Virus record (IMG/VR): IMGVR_UViG_3300012665_000077
Coordinates: 1 to 34,194 of that record
Direction: 5' to 3' (one strand)
DNA from: a virus
Lineage: Duplodnaviria; Caudoviricetes
DNA: 34,194 nucleotides
Shown here: one piece after another, positions 17,103 to 24,068 of the stretch
Numbering within the stretch: the first letter of the stretch is position 1
Layout of the letters: the number at the start of each line of letters is the position of its first letter
Translations under genes and position numbers: made by a program
Notes under the pieces: generated by a model
Databases searched by the model: none
Seen by the model: the letters and a program-made list of their open reading frames with translations, nothing else
Told to the model about the DNA's origin: nothing

Positions 17103-17708
17103 TTAAAACATCTCGTCGTCTTCAATCGCAGCAGCCATTGCAGTCTTAGCTACTGTCTTTGGTGCTACTGCTGGAGCTGGTGCTGCCATACTGATCTTGC
17201 CGTCACTATCAAATGATTGCGTACCGTCGTCTACAGCGTCCATGCCAGCAGGTCTCTCGATCCACGACACCACATCAAAGTTAGGAATTCTTGTTGTCCC
17301 TTTACCGATCTTCTCCAGCGTCGATCCTTTGTACTCAATGACTGGTAACTTGCCAGCATTGGCAGCTTGACCTGCCTCGATTGCTTTCCACAGTTTCTCT
17401 AAGCCCATGTTTGGACCTGTGCCGTTGGCTGACCACTCAGCGAGTCCCATCTCCTTGTTATAGAACTTGATGGAGAAACCGCGCTTGTGATCAGGTGACG
17501 GTTGAGCACCTTTCTTTCCAAGACTTGCGTCTGGTTGCCAGTCGCGCACACCTTCTCCAAGGTGCATCCAACCAGTCTGCAACGAGTCAGTATCCACAAC
17601 CATTTTCTTTGGCGTGAATTCTTCCTTGTTAGAGTTGAGCCATGCGTTTGCAGATGGCATAAAGCGGATGTAGTTACCACCGCCAGATGATGATGAAAGA
17701 TTAAGCAT
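17103..17708 (-). CDS. Putative single-stranded DNA-binding protein, 201 aa
   Basis: Beta-rich core, Ala/Pro linker and acidic-aromatic C-tail (IEDDEMF); adjacent to a DUF2800-like nuclease. Confidence 0.6.
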   Translation of the reverse strand: MLNLSSSSGGGNYIRFMPSANAWLNSNKEEFTPKKMVVDTDSLQTGWMHLGEGVRDWQPDASLGKKGAQPSPDHKRGFSIKFYNKEMGLAEWSANGTGPNMGLEKLWKAIEAGQAANAGKLPVIEYKGSTLEKIGKGTTRIPNFDVVSWIERPAGMDAVDDGTQSFDSDGKISMAAPAPAVAPKTVAKTAMAAAIEDDEMF

Positions 17709-17758
17709 TTGAGCCTTTCGAGTTTATGTTGCACAAGGCAACGGTTTGGGGGAATGGA

Positions 17759-18859
17759 TTATTGACCTAATGAGTAATCTCGCGCAAGAGTTAAACCACT
17801 ACTCTCCTTGCGTGTGAGCGTGTCAATGAGGTCTTTTGATTCTTTTGGAAGTAACTTGGCTGCTTCAGATGGACTAATTAGTTCGCTAGAGACCAACTTA
17901 TCCGCAGGGATACCAGCGTCGTGTAATTGATTCTTTGCGTCGTTCTCGTCAATCCATTTGCGGTACGCACGCTTAGGCTGCATCTGCCAGCCCTTGATAA
18001 CTTCACCGTCCTCTATGCGTTTTACTGCGTGGTCTCTGACTGCATCAATGAACTTCTCTACAAGTGGTGCGCGTTCTAGCAGGTCTGCGATCTGCTCTGG
18101 TGTTAGCGTCACCACAACTGACTTCATCTCTTCTTTAGTCATCACCGCAAGGTTTGGTGTGGCAGCAATGACCTCAAAGCCTTTGCGTTGCGCAGGACAT
18201 ATCGCCTTTGCTGGACACCATTGGCAACCGTCTTCTGTTAGTGTGGGTTCTGTATCGCCCTTCTTAATTGCTTGGATCGCTGGAGTTAATCTAGTCGCTG
18301 CCCAGTCGTTTAATTCTTTGAATGTGATCTTGTGCGTTCTAGGTTCACCGTGATGCGGTTGAATGATCGACAGCTCGATATTGCTGAATTCAATCTTTGC
18401 GTGACGCATTGCACCGATGGCGTAAATCTTCATCTGGTCTGAGTCAGCGTCCACATAGCCACGACCAGTCTTCAAGTCTGCAATGACCAAGGTTGACTTC
18501 TCGTCGTTCCACGCCACTACATCGGCAGTACCGCCCAGCTCGATGTCCTTGTCCTTGTACACGGTCACATACTGCTCAACCTTTAGCGTGCCAAGTCTTA
18601 ACTCCAAGTCCCTAATGTGGTTCACATGAGCTGCTGCAAAGTCAGCGTTCTGCTCGGTGATCACAATGTCCTTGACGGTCTGACCGATCCAGTCGTAGGG
18701 GCTTGCGTTGGTGAGGTATGCAGTCTCTGCCACCTCATGTATTGCAGTACCAATCTGCGCAGCCTCTCCTGCTGGCTGGTAAGGGATGTCGGCACACAGC
18801 CTCACAGATGCAGGACATGAGAGCCAGCGTGTAGCAGACGATGGGCGTAGTTTGATCAT
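17759..18859 (-). CDS. Cas4-like PD-(D/E)XK nuclease (DUF2800-like), 366 aa
   Basis: PSSATRWLSCPAS, GTAIHE, GGTADV, IADLKTG, QMKIYA and CQWCPAKAIC motifs. Confidence 0.85.
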   Translation of the reverse strand: MIKLRPSSATRWLSCPASVRLCADIPYQPAGEAAQIGTAIHEVAETAYLTNASPYDWIGQTVKDIVITEQNADFAAAHVNHIRDLELRLGTLKVEQYVTVYKDKDIELGGTADVVAWNDEKSTLVIADLKTGRGYVDADSDQMKIYAIGAMRHAKIEFSNIELSIIQPHHGEPRTHKITFKELNDWAATRLTPAIQAIKKGDTEPTLTEDGCQWCPAKAICPAQRKGFEVIAATPNLAVMTKEEMKSVVVTLTPEQIADLLERAPLVEKFIDAVRDHAVKRIEDGEVIKGWQMQPKRAYRKWIDENDAKNQLHDAGIPADKLVSSELISPSEAAKLLPKESKDLIDTLTRKESSGLTLARDYSLGQ

Positions 18860-19056
18860 TATTCGTTTTCCTGTAAGTGCAAAAGTGTGTAGATGCGTCC
18901 ACGCACCTCGTTAGTGACTGCGTGACCGAGCTGCTCTGGATCGAGCAACTCAGACAGCAGTTCGTCTCTAATCTTGAGTTTGGTTCTGGTGTCCTCCAGC
19001 TCCTTGGTGAGCCAGACAATGTGCTCGCGCATTGCGTTGCGTTCTTCGTCAATCAT
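18859..19056 (-). CDS. Hypothetical coiled-coil protein, 65 aa
   Basis: ORF track; 1-nt overlaps with neighbours. Confidence 0.7.
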   Translation of the reverse strand: MIDEERNAMREHIVWLTKELEDTRTKLKIRDELLSELLDPEQLGHAVTNEVRGRIYTLLHLQENE

Positions 19057-19193
19057 TATTTAGCCCTTGCAAGTAAACCAATACCAATGCCAGCAATAAG
19101 ATGTCCAATGCTTGCTATCGCAACGATATCAAATCCAACTGACAAACCAATTCCTATACATAGAAAACAAACACCTAAATCTTGTTCTCTCAT
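19056..19193 (-). CDS. Small two-helix membrane protein, 45 aa (MREQDLGVCFLCIGIGLSVGFDIVAIASIGHLIAGIGIGLLARAK)
   Basis: Read manually; exactly fills the gap with ATGA and TAATG overlaps; AT-rich. Confidence 0.65.
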   Translation of the reverse strand: MREQDLGVCFLCIGIGLSVGFDIVAIASIGHLIAGIGIGLLARAK

Positions 19194-19372
19194 TGTTTTG
19201 CCCTTAGTTCTCTTATTGCGTTTGCAGCAAATGCGAAGTAGTTGTCCTTGCCGACTCTGGCTTCGTGCAGTTCGTCGCAGATAGCAGCACAGGCTTCGCG
19301 CTCGGCTAAGACTGCCTCTTCAATCATGCGTTTGACTAGTTCGTGGTTGTAGGTTGCGTTGACTTCGTTCAT
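19190..19372 (-). CDS. Hypothetical protein, 60 aa (AEREACAAICD motif)
   Basis: ORF track; EREACA..C...A..IR motif common in small phage genes. Confidence 0.7.
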   Translation of the reverse strand: MNEVNATYNHELVKRMIEEAVLAEREACAAICDELHEARVGKDNYFAFAANAIRELRAKQ

Positions 19373-19836
19373 TGCTTAGTACCCCACATTGCGATCAATA
19401 CAGCCTCTGCGCGACCGTCGTGCTTAACCAACTTAAACAGTTCTTGTTTGTCTGGAAATAACTCCATTGCGCGGTGTCTTGATGCGTCCTTGCCGTAGCC
19501 TTTGTTCATAGTCCTTGCCCATACTGCTGGCTGGACATAAGTCACAGGTACTTGGAGAGCTGCTAATACGCCTTCAATGACACCAGCAGAGCGTCCAAAC
19601 GCAAACATGGAACTCACACCTTGGTTTGGCATTGAGCTGACCTTCTCGACTGCTGCGTGCGTCGGGTTCATTTCCTTGAGGATACCGACCAAGGCTTGCG
19701 CAGACACTTGGCGCTTTGTCGTCTTACCGCGCTTTATCTCGACGATTGGCATATCGACGACAGACTCCAGCACGCCATCAACGATTAGAGCGATAGCACC
19801 GTTGTTGCCGACATCAATCCCAAGTTGCCTAATCAT
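19369..19836 (-). CDS. RuvC-like Holliday junction resolvase, ~155 aa
   Basis: LGIDVG, AVEKV, SMFAFG...G.IEG and DGRAEAVLIA motifs; start placed at the ATG at 19836. Confidence 0.85.
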   Translation of the reverse strand: MIRQLGIDVGNNGAIALIVDGVLESVVDMPIVEIKRGKTTKRQVSAQALVGILKEMNPTHAAVEKVSSMPNQGVSSMFAFGRSAGVIEGVLAALQVPVTYVQPAVWARTMNKGYGKDASRHRAMELFPDKQELFKLVKHDGRAEAVLIAMWGTKQ

Positions 19837-20041
19837 TCTTGACCTCAAGCGACTTGATGCGACCAATGATCAAGCGATCTGTGGCAGTTCTGAGCTTCTC
19901 TATGCTGGTGATAAGGGGTACGGTGTGACCCGCCATCCAGCGTGACATCTGAGCCTGATCTATGCCAGCCTCTCTGCATATATCAGCCATCTTGAAACCC
20001 GCCTTGTCAGCGCGTTCTATTATTTCGGTTATGTAGTTCAT
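19829..20041 (-). CDS. Cro/XRE-like HTH regulator, 70 aa
   Basis: MADICREAGIDQAQMSRWMAG..P HTH; first gene of the leftward operon. Confidence 0.82.
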   Translation of the reverse strand: MNYITEIIERADKAGFKMADICREAGIDQAQMSRWMAGHTVPLITSIEKLRTATDRLIIGRIKSLEVKND

Positions 20042-20085
20042 GCTGAGTATGTTAACCTAGAATTGACGAGTTCAACAAGACAGAC

Positions 20086-20119
20086 AAAAAAAGGGGCTGA
20101 GTCCTGTCACCCAGCCCCT
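20086..20119 (-). terminator. Rho-independent terminator upstream of the cro-like gene
   Basis: Minus strand AGGGGCTGGGT-GACAGG-ACTCAGCCCCT followed by a T run. Confidence 0.8.
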
Positions 20120-20185
20120 ATCAAGGCAACTGCACCTCTTGCGGAGACATAAGGCACAGCAGACAGGGAAACTACACCCTGTCAG
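20086..20185 (-). ncRNA. Candidate ~100-nt structured small RNA / leader
   Basis: -10-like TAAAAT (20196-20191), GACAGGG/CCCTGTC hairpin, small GCAA hairpin and a terminator; no credible ORF. Confidence 0.45.
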
Positions 20186-20240
20186 TATGTATTTTATGGC
20201 GGTAATACCCGACAAAGTTGTAGGGTCTAATAAATAATGT

Positions 20241-20268
20241 TTGACAAGGTAGTCAAGCGTGATATGAT
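20241..20268 (+). promoter_or_regulatory. Sigma70-like early promoter with an overlapping palindromic operator
   Basis: TTGACA-16 nt-TATGAT; TTGAC-N6-GTCAA palindrome at 20241-20256; GGAG SD before the ATG at 20301. Confidence 0.65.
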
Positions 20269-20300
20269 TCACTCATCAACAACACAACGGAGTAAACGAA

Positions 20301-20561
20301 ATGACAAACGCAACACAAACTACACGCAACGAAGCAATGTATGGCTTTGCTGATATTGACGCATACATTGAGTCAGTAAAACAATCTATCACTTACAAAT
20401 TTACTGGCGGAAACATGATCGTTGCTGGTCTTATGTCTGACGCTCAAGAATTGATGGCACATGGTGATGTAGAGCGTGCTCGTCAAACATTAAATGTTGC
20501 TAAAACAATTATGTTCCAGATCATGGATGGCGAGTTAATCGGCACAGTAGAACGCAAGTAA
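20301..20561 (+). CDS. Early hypothetical protein, 86 aa
   Basis: ORF track; SD and promoter upstream. Confidence 0.8.
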   Translation: MTNATQTTRNEAMYGFADIDAYIESVKQSITYKFTGGNMIVAGLMSDAQELMAHGDVERARQTLNVAKTIMFQIMDGELIGTVERK

Positions 20562-20568
20562 AACCAAC

Positions 20569-20589
20569 GGGGCGAAAGCCCCATCTTTT
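20569..20589 (+). terminator. GNRA hairpin / weak terminator
   Basis: GGGGC-GAAA-GCCCC followed by ATCTTTT. Confidence 0.6.
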
Positions 20590-20601
20590 AAGGACACCAA
20601 C

Positions 20602-20847
20602 ATGAAAATCGTAGAAGTTTATTGCCAAGAAGAGAAGTTCAATCCACGCCTTAACTGCACCGTCTCAGGTGCATGGGTTGCGGTTTACGACAACGGCATC
20701 GAGCTTGCCATCTGCCGTGACTATGAGGCTTCCAGCTCCAAAGAAGCATTAGCCATCTTGAACCAAGACAAAACTTGGAATCACAACGCACCTTACAACC
20801 CTCAATTCCTTGGCGCACAACCCGCACGCGCTGGTGAAGATTATTAA
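20602..20847 (+). CDS. Early hypothetical protein, 81 aa
   Basis: ORF track; AAGGA SD. Confidence 0.75.
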   Translation: MKIVEVYCQEEKFNPRLNCTVSGAWVAVYDNGIELAICRDYEASSSKEALAILNQDKTWNHNAPYNPQFLGAQPARAGEDY

Positions 20848-20860
20848 AGGAGAAAACAAA

Positions 20861-21097
20861 ATGCTAGAAGACCTATTTAGATTCAAGTGCGAGGTAGAAG
20901 GAGTCACACTCGTCTGCTTCCTAGAACACGAACCCGCAGAATTTAATCATGGGGAAGCGCCAGACTTCCCTGAGTGCATGAACCTAGTCAATGCCTTTTG
21001 CGAGAAGATTGACATCGCCCACATTCTTATGCAGTCTATCGTGGATCACATCTGCGAAGAAGCCCTTACACAATTTAACTCTGAAAGCGACGAATGA
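20861..21097 (+). CDS. Acidic hypothetical protein, 78 aa
   Basis: AAGGAG SD before the ATG at 20861. Confidence 0.75.
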   Translation: MLEDLFRFKCEVEGVTLVCFLEHEPAEFNHGEAPDFPECMNLVNAFCEKIDIAHILMQSIVDHICEEALTQFNSESDE

Positions 21098-21237
21098 AGC
21101 ATCAAAACTACACCGAGAATTTCGAGGTCGATGGACCTTATCAAGACAACAAAATCAGCCTTGTTGATTGCGTTTTTATCTTCCTTGCTGGCGTAACCGT
21201 CGGTGTCATTGCATTTATCTTAATTACAGGAAACTAA
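21094..21237 (+). CDS. Small membrane protein, 47 aa (MKHQNYTENF...IFLAGVTVGVIAFILITGN)
   Basis: Read manually; ATGA overlap; C-terminal hydrophobic helix. Confidence 0.65.
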   Translation: MKHQNYTENFEVDGPYQDNKISLVDCVFIFLAGVTVGVIAFILITGN

Positions 21238-21239
21238 TC

Positions 21240-21500
21240 ATGTCAGTAGAAAAGAAAATCGACGAGATGGTGTTGAAGTACATACTTGCTGCCGAAGGCA
21301 AAGCCAGAATCATGTCGCCACCAGACATCGGTAAACTGGTTAGAGAGGCAATGCACAAAGGTGCAATGCTTGGTTACGACGCTGGCATGAAGATGTCATT
21401 GCGTGCTCACGGCAACGAGTTGGAGATAGCAGAGTTAACCGTCAAAGAGTTGACCGAGCGCGTTAAAGAGTTAGAGATGCAAATGATTGCGCAGCAATGA
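21240..21500 (+). CDS. Hypothetical coiled-coil protein, 86 aa
   Basis: AGGA SD before the ATG at 21240 (MSVEKKIDEM). Confidence 0.7.
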   Translation: MSVEKKIDEMVLKYILAAEGKARIMSPPDIGKLVREAMHKGAMLGYDAGMKMSLRAHGNELEIAELTVKELTERVKELEMQMIAQQ

Positions 21501-22081
21501 GCGAAGACTACACAAATAAGTTTGCCAAGCAGTTACTGCTTGAGAGAACTACTCTAAGACTAAACCAGCAACAGGTTGCTGACGCTGTATCAATCAGCCA
21601 GCAGTCAATAGCCAAGTGGGAAATTGGTAACTCTTATCCACGCATGGCAGCCCTAGATAGGCTTTGCAATTTCTTTGAATATGAATTTACTTTGATTGCT
21701 AGTGAGTCACAGCTAAGAGACGCATCATCAGTTATTCCAGCCGTTGCGTTAAACATGAATAGCCTTTCCCATTGGCTTCGTTACGCCAGAAAACGCAAGA
21801 ACCTAAGACAAGAAGATGTAGCCAATGAACTTTGCGTGCTGAGATCAACGATAGCTCATTGGGAAACCGCCAGAAGCAAACCAACTAAAGAGATACTTGA
21901 AAAGTTTGAGCTGCTTGTTGGTGAGCAGTTTGAAGGAGATATTGAAGGCAGTAACTCTAATTTCAAGTTACTAAACCATGCCGATATTGACGCAATATTG
22001 ATCTGTTCAAAACTGCAAAAGACTTCTACATACGATCTTATTATGTTGGTTCAATTATTCTTGAAAGAGAAGAATTCATAA
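21497..22081 (+). CDS. Tandem double XRE-family HTH protein, 194 aa
   Basis: LNQQQVADAVSISQQSIAKWEIGNSYP and LRQEDVANELCVLRSTIAHWETARSKP. Confidence 0.85.
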   Translation: MSEDYTNKFAKQLLLERTTLRLNQQQVADAVSISQQSIAKWEIGNSYPRMAALDRLCNFFEYEFTLIASESQLRDASSVIPAVALNMNSLSHWLRYARKRKNLRQEDVANELCVLRSTIAHWETARSKPTKEILEKFELLVGEQFEGDIEGSNSNFKLLNHADIDAILICSKLQKTSTYDLIMLVQLFLKEKNS

Positions 22082-22230
22082 TGACAGAAGTCAAAACTAG
22101 ATGGGTGACACCGCCACCGTGGGTTGTACTACGCACCAAGTGCGAGACCCTTGGCGTGTGTCAGTCCAATGATAAGGTGTTCTGCATAAACTGCCCAAGG
22201 CTAAAACAACGCAATGAGAAAAAGAAGTAA
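22081..22230 (+). CDS. Small four-Cys protein, 49 aa (MTEVKTRW...CETLGVC...CINC...)
   Basis: Read manually; TAATG overlap with the upstream gene. Confidence 0.55.
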   Translation: MTEVKTRWVTPPPWVVLRTKCETLGVCQSNDKVFCINCPRLKQRNEKKK

Positions 22231-22690
22231 ATACAAACCCAAAGGTGTCAGACTCGATGCCACCACTTATGTGCTCAACGGTTTTAGACTTGTGTCCACG
22301 ACTGGCAGCGCGGTACTCGATCTAAAGATAAAGAACCACTCTGCCCTAGAAGCGCTCAGGACGGGTCAGGCAAAGCGTTACGACCTCGACTCCATCATCT
22401 CTGCTTTGAATGTCTCCGAAGCCCTCTCACGCCTTGGCATTGGGCATGAGTATGTAGACGAGATTAGGGAAGGTCAAGACGCATTGCTGGAGCTATCGCG
22501 TCGCGGTATCAACCGCCAAGACAGGTTTGTGGCGAAGGCTGCCGAGCTGACAGCGATCAACTATGTAATGGAACTGCATGATGTACAGCTCGACATCACA
22601 ACCATTGCACAACTAGAGAAGGCACTCGATATTGTTACCAATGAGATAAAGTCGCGTAAAGCTAGAGTTATTGAGGAGAAGACGGTATGA
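22214..22690 (+). CDS. Conserved hypothetical protein, 158 aa (MRKRSKYKPK...)
   Basis: ORF track; helical phage protein. Confidence 0.75.
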   Translation: MRKRSKYKPKGVRLDATTYVLNGFRLVSTTGSAVLDLKIKNHSALEALRTGQAKRYDLDSIISALNVSEALSRLGIGHEYVDEIREGQDALLELSRRGINRQDRFVAKAAELTAINYVMELHDVQLDITTIAQLEKALDIVTNEIKSRKARVIEEKTV

Positions 22691-22887
22691 CACGACACAT
22701 AGGCATCTCAGTCCCGCACCGCAGGGTTGTGGACGAAGACGACGACATCCAGACATACAAAAAAGCGTGGGTATCCCTAACCGACGAGCAGGTACACAAG
22801 TGTATTGCGTATGCCAAAGGGGGCTGCGACATCGAGCAGACCGCCAAGAACATTGAATTAAAACTCAAGGGGCTTAATTATGATTGA
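22687..22887 (+). CDS. Hypothetical protein, 66 aa (DDDIQ.Y..WV.LTDE motif)
   Basis: ORF track; GAGGAG-like SD; ATGA overlap. Confidence 0.7.
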   Translation: MTRHIGISVPHRRVVDEDDDIQTYKKAWVSLTDEQVHKCIAYAKGGCDIEQTAKNIELKLKGLNYD

Positions 22888-22996
22888 CGCACTACACAGT
22901 ATCTTGACCTTATTTGTTTTGCTGTTTACTGGCGCTTGCATAGGCGTGGCAGTCATCTTTGCGGTTCTATACATGAGTCTGGACAAGGACAAATGA
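22880..22996 (+). CDS. Small membrane protein, 38 aa (MIDALHSILTLFVLLFTGACIGVAVIFAVLYMSLDKDK)
   Basis: Read manually; fills the gap and ends in an ATGA overlap. Confidence 0.6.
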   Translation: MIDALHSILTLFVLLFTGACIGVAVIFAVLYMSLDKDK

Positions 22997-23364
22997 AGTC
23001 AGTCCGAGTACCTAAACTGGTCAACCTGATCACTCAGAAGGGATACACAGCCGTCGAGCTGGCTGACTTACTCCATTGCACGCTCAGGTCTAGCAGAGAC
23101 ATGATTCAGAAACTCAGAGCAGAAGGTAATGTCCACATCCAATCATGGCGTAAGACCAGCGTGACGCAATGGTCTGCCGTGTACCGCTACGGCATTGGAG
23201 TGGATGCAGAAAAGCCAGAGCCTGTGAGCAGCAGCTCGCGGTTGCGTAAGCACCGAGCCAAAGAAGATGCAGACGCAAAGGAAAGAAGACTAACCAAGCA
23301 AAATCAACTAAGACGCAAGATTAAGCGTGACCCGTTGATTGCTGCATTCTTTGGTGAGATATGA
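22993..23364 (+). CDS. Winged-HTH DNA-binding protein, 123 aa
   Basis: TAVELADLLHCTLRSSRDMIQKLRAEG.VHI..W and a basic tail; AAGGA SD before 22993. Confidence 0.72.
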   Translation: MKSVRVPKLVNLITQKGYTAVELADLLHCTLRSSRDMIQKLRAEGNVHIQSWRKTSVTQWSAVYRYGIGVDAEKPEPVSSSSRLRKHRAKEDADAKERRLTKQNQLRRKIKRDPLIAAFFGEI

Positions 23365-24065
23365 AGACACACACATTTACTTGGCAGTCCGAGCACCCAT
23401 TCAAACATTTAGTGATCGATGACTTCTTTCCACCGCAAGTAGCATTACAAATATCTCAAGACTTTGACACAGTAAAAGACTTCTGGGTGCATTACAACAA
23501 CGCACTTGAACACAAGTCAACCATGAATCATTGGGGTGCTTTCCCAGCCAGCATCTACAAAGCAATGCAGCACCTTGTGTCTCCTGAATTTGTGCAGCAG
23601 ATTGAGCACTTAACTGGCTGCACGCTCTACGCTGACGCTGGTCTTCATGGTGCTGGAATGCACAGGCATATCGCTGGGGGAAAGTTAAACCCGCATCTCG
23701 ACTACTCGATACACCCCAAGCTCTTACTTGAGAGACGGTTAAATCTAATCGTGTATCTGACACCAGACTGGCACAAAGACTTTGGCGGTCACTTAGGGAT
23801 GTGGAGCGAGACATCCAACCTCGTAAAAGAGGTGATGCCTAAATTCAATCGTGCTGTACTTTTTGACACAACAAACTCATTGCATGGACTCTCACGACCT
23901 GTGCAATGCCCAGAAGACTTTGCACGCAAGTCTCTTGCGGTTTACTACTTGTGTGAGCCAAGACCGCAAGCAGAAGAAAGATACCGAGCGCTGTACTCAC
24001 CAGCAAAGGGTCAAGAAAATGATCCTAGTGTGCTGGAGCTTATTGCGCTGAGAAGTCGTGTTTAA
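23361..24065 (+). CDS. 2-oxoglutarate/Fe(II)-dependent oxygenase (prolyl-hydroxylase-like), 234 aa
   Basis: PF.HLVIDDF, H-x-D (PHLD), RRLNLIVYL, PKFNRAVLF, distal His (SLHG) and Arg (RKSLA). Confidence 0.88.
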   Translation: MKTHTFTWQSEHPFKHLVIDDFFPPQVALQISQDFDTVKDFWVHYNNALEHKSTMNHWGAFPASIYKAMQHLVSPEFVQQIEHLTGCTLYADAGLHGAGMHRHIAGGKLNPHLDYSIHPKLLLERRLNLIVYLTPDWHKDFGGHLGMWSETSNLVKEVMPKFNRAVLFDTTNSLHGLSRPVQCPEDFARKSLAVYYLCEPRPQAEERYRALYSPAKGQENDPSVLELIALRSRV

Positions 24066-24068
24066 GGT

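Noticed and set aside
17759-18859. Cas4-like nuclease as evidence of CRISPR-Cas
   Set aside because: It is a stand-alone phage DUF2800-type nuclease next to an SSB-like gene; there is no array or other cas gene.
20072-20272. 66-aa minus-strand ORF in the control region
   Set aside because: It crosses a promoter, hairpins and a terminator and has no SD; the region is better explained as regulatory or RNA.
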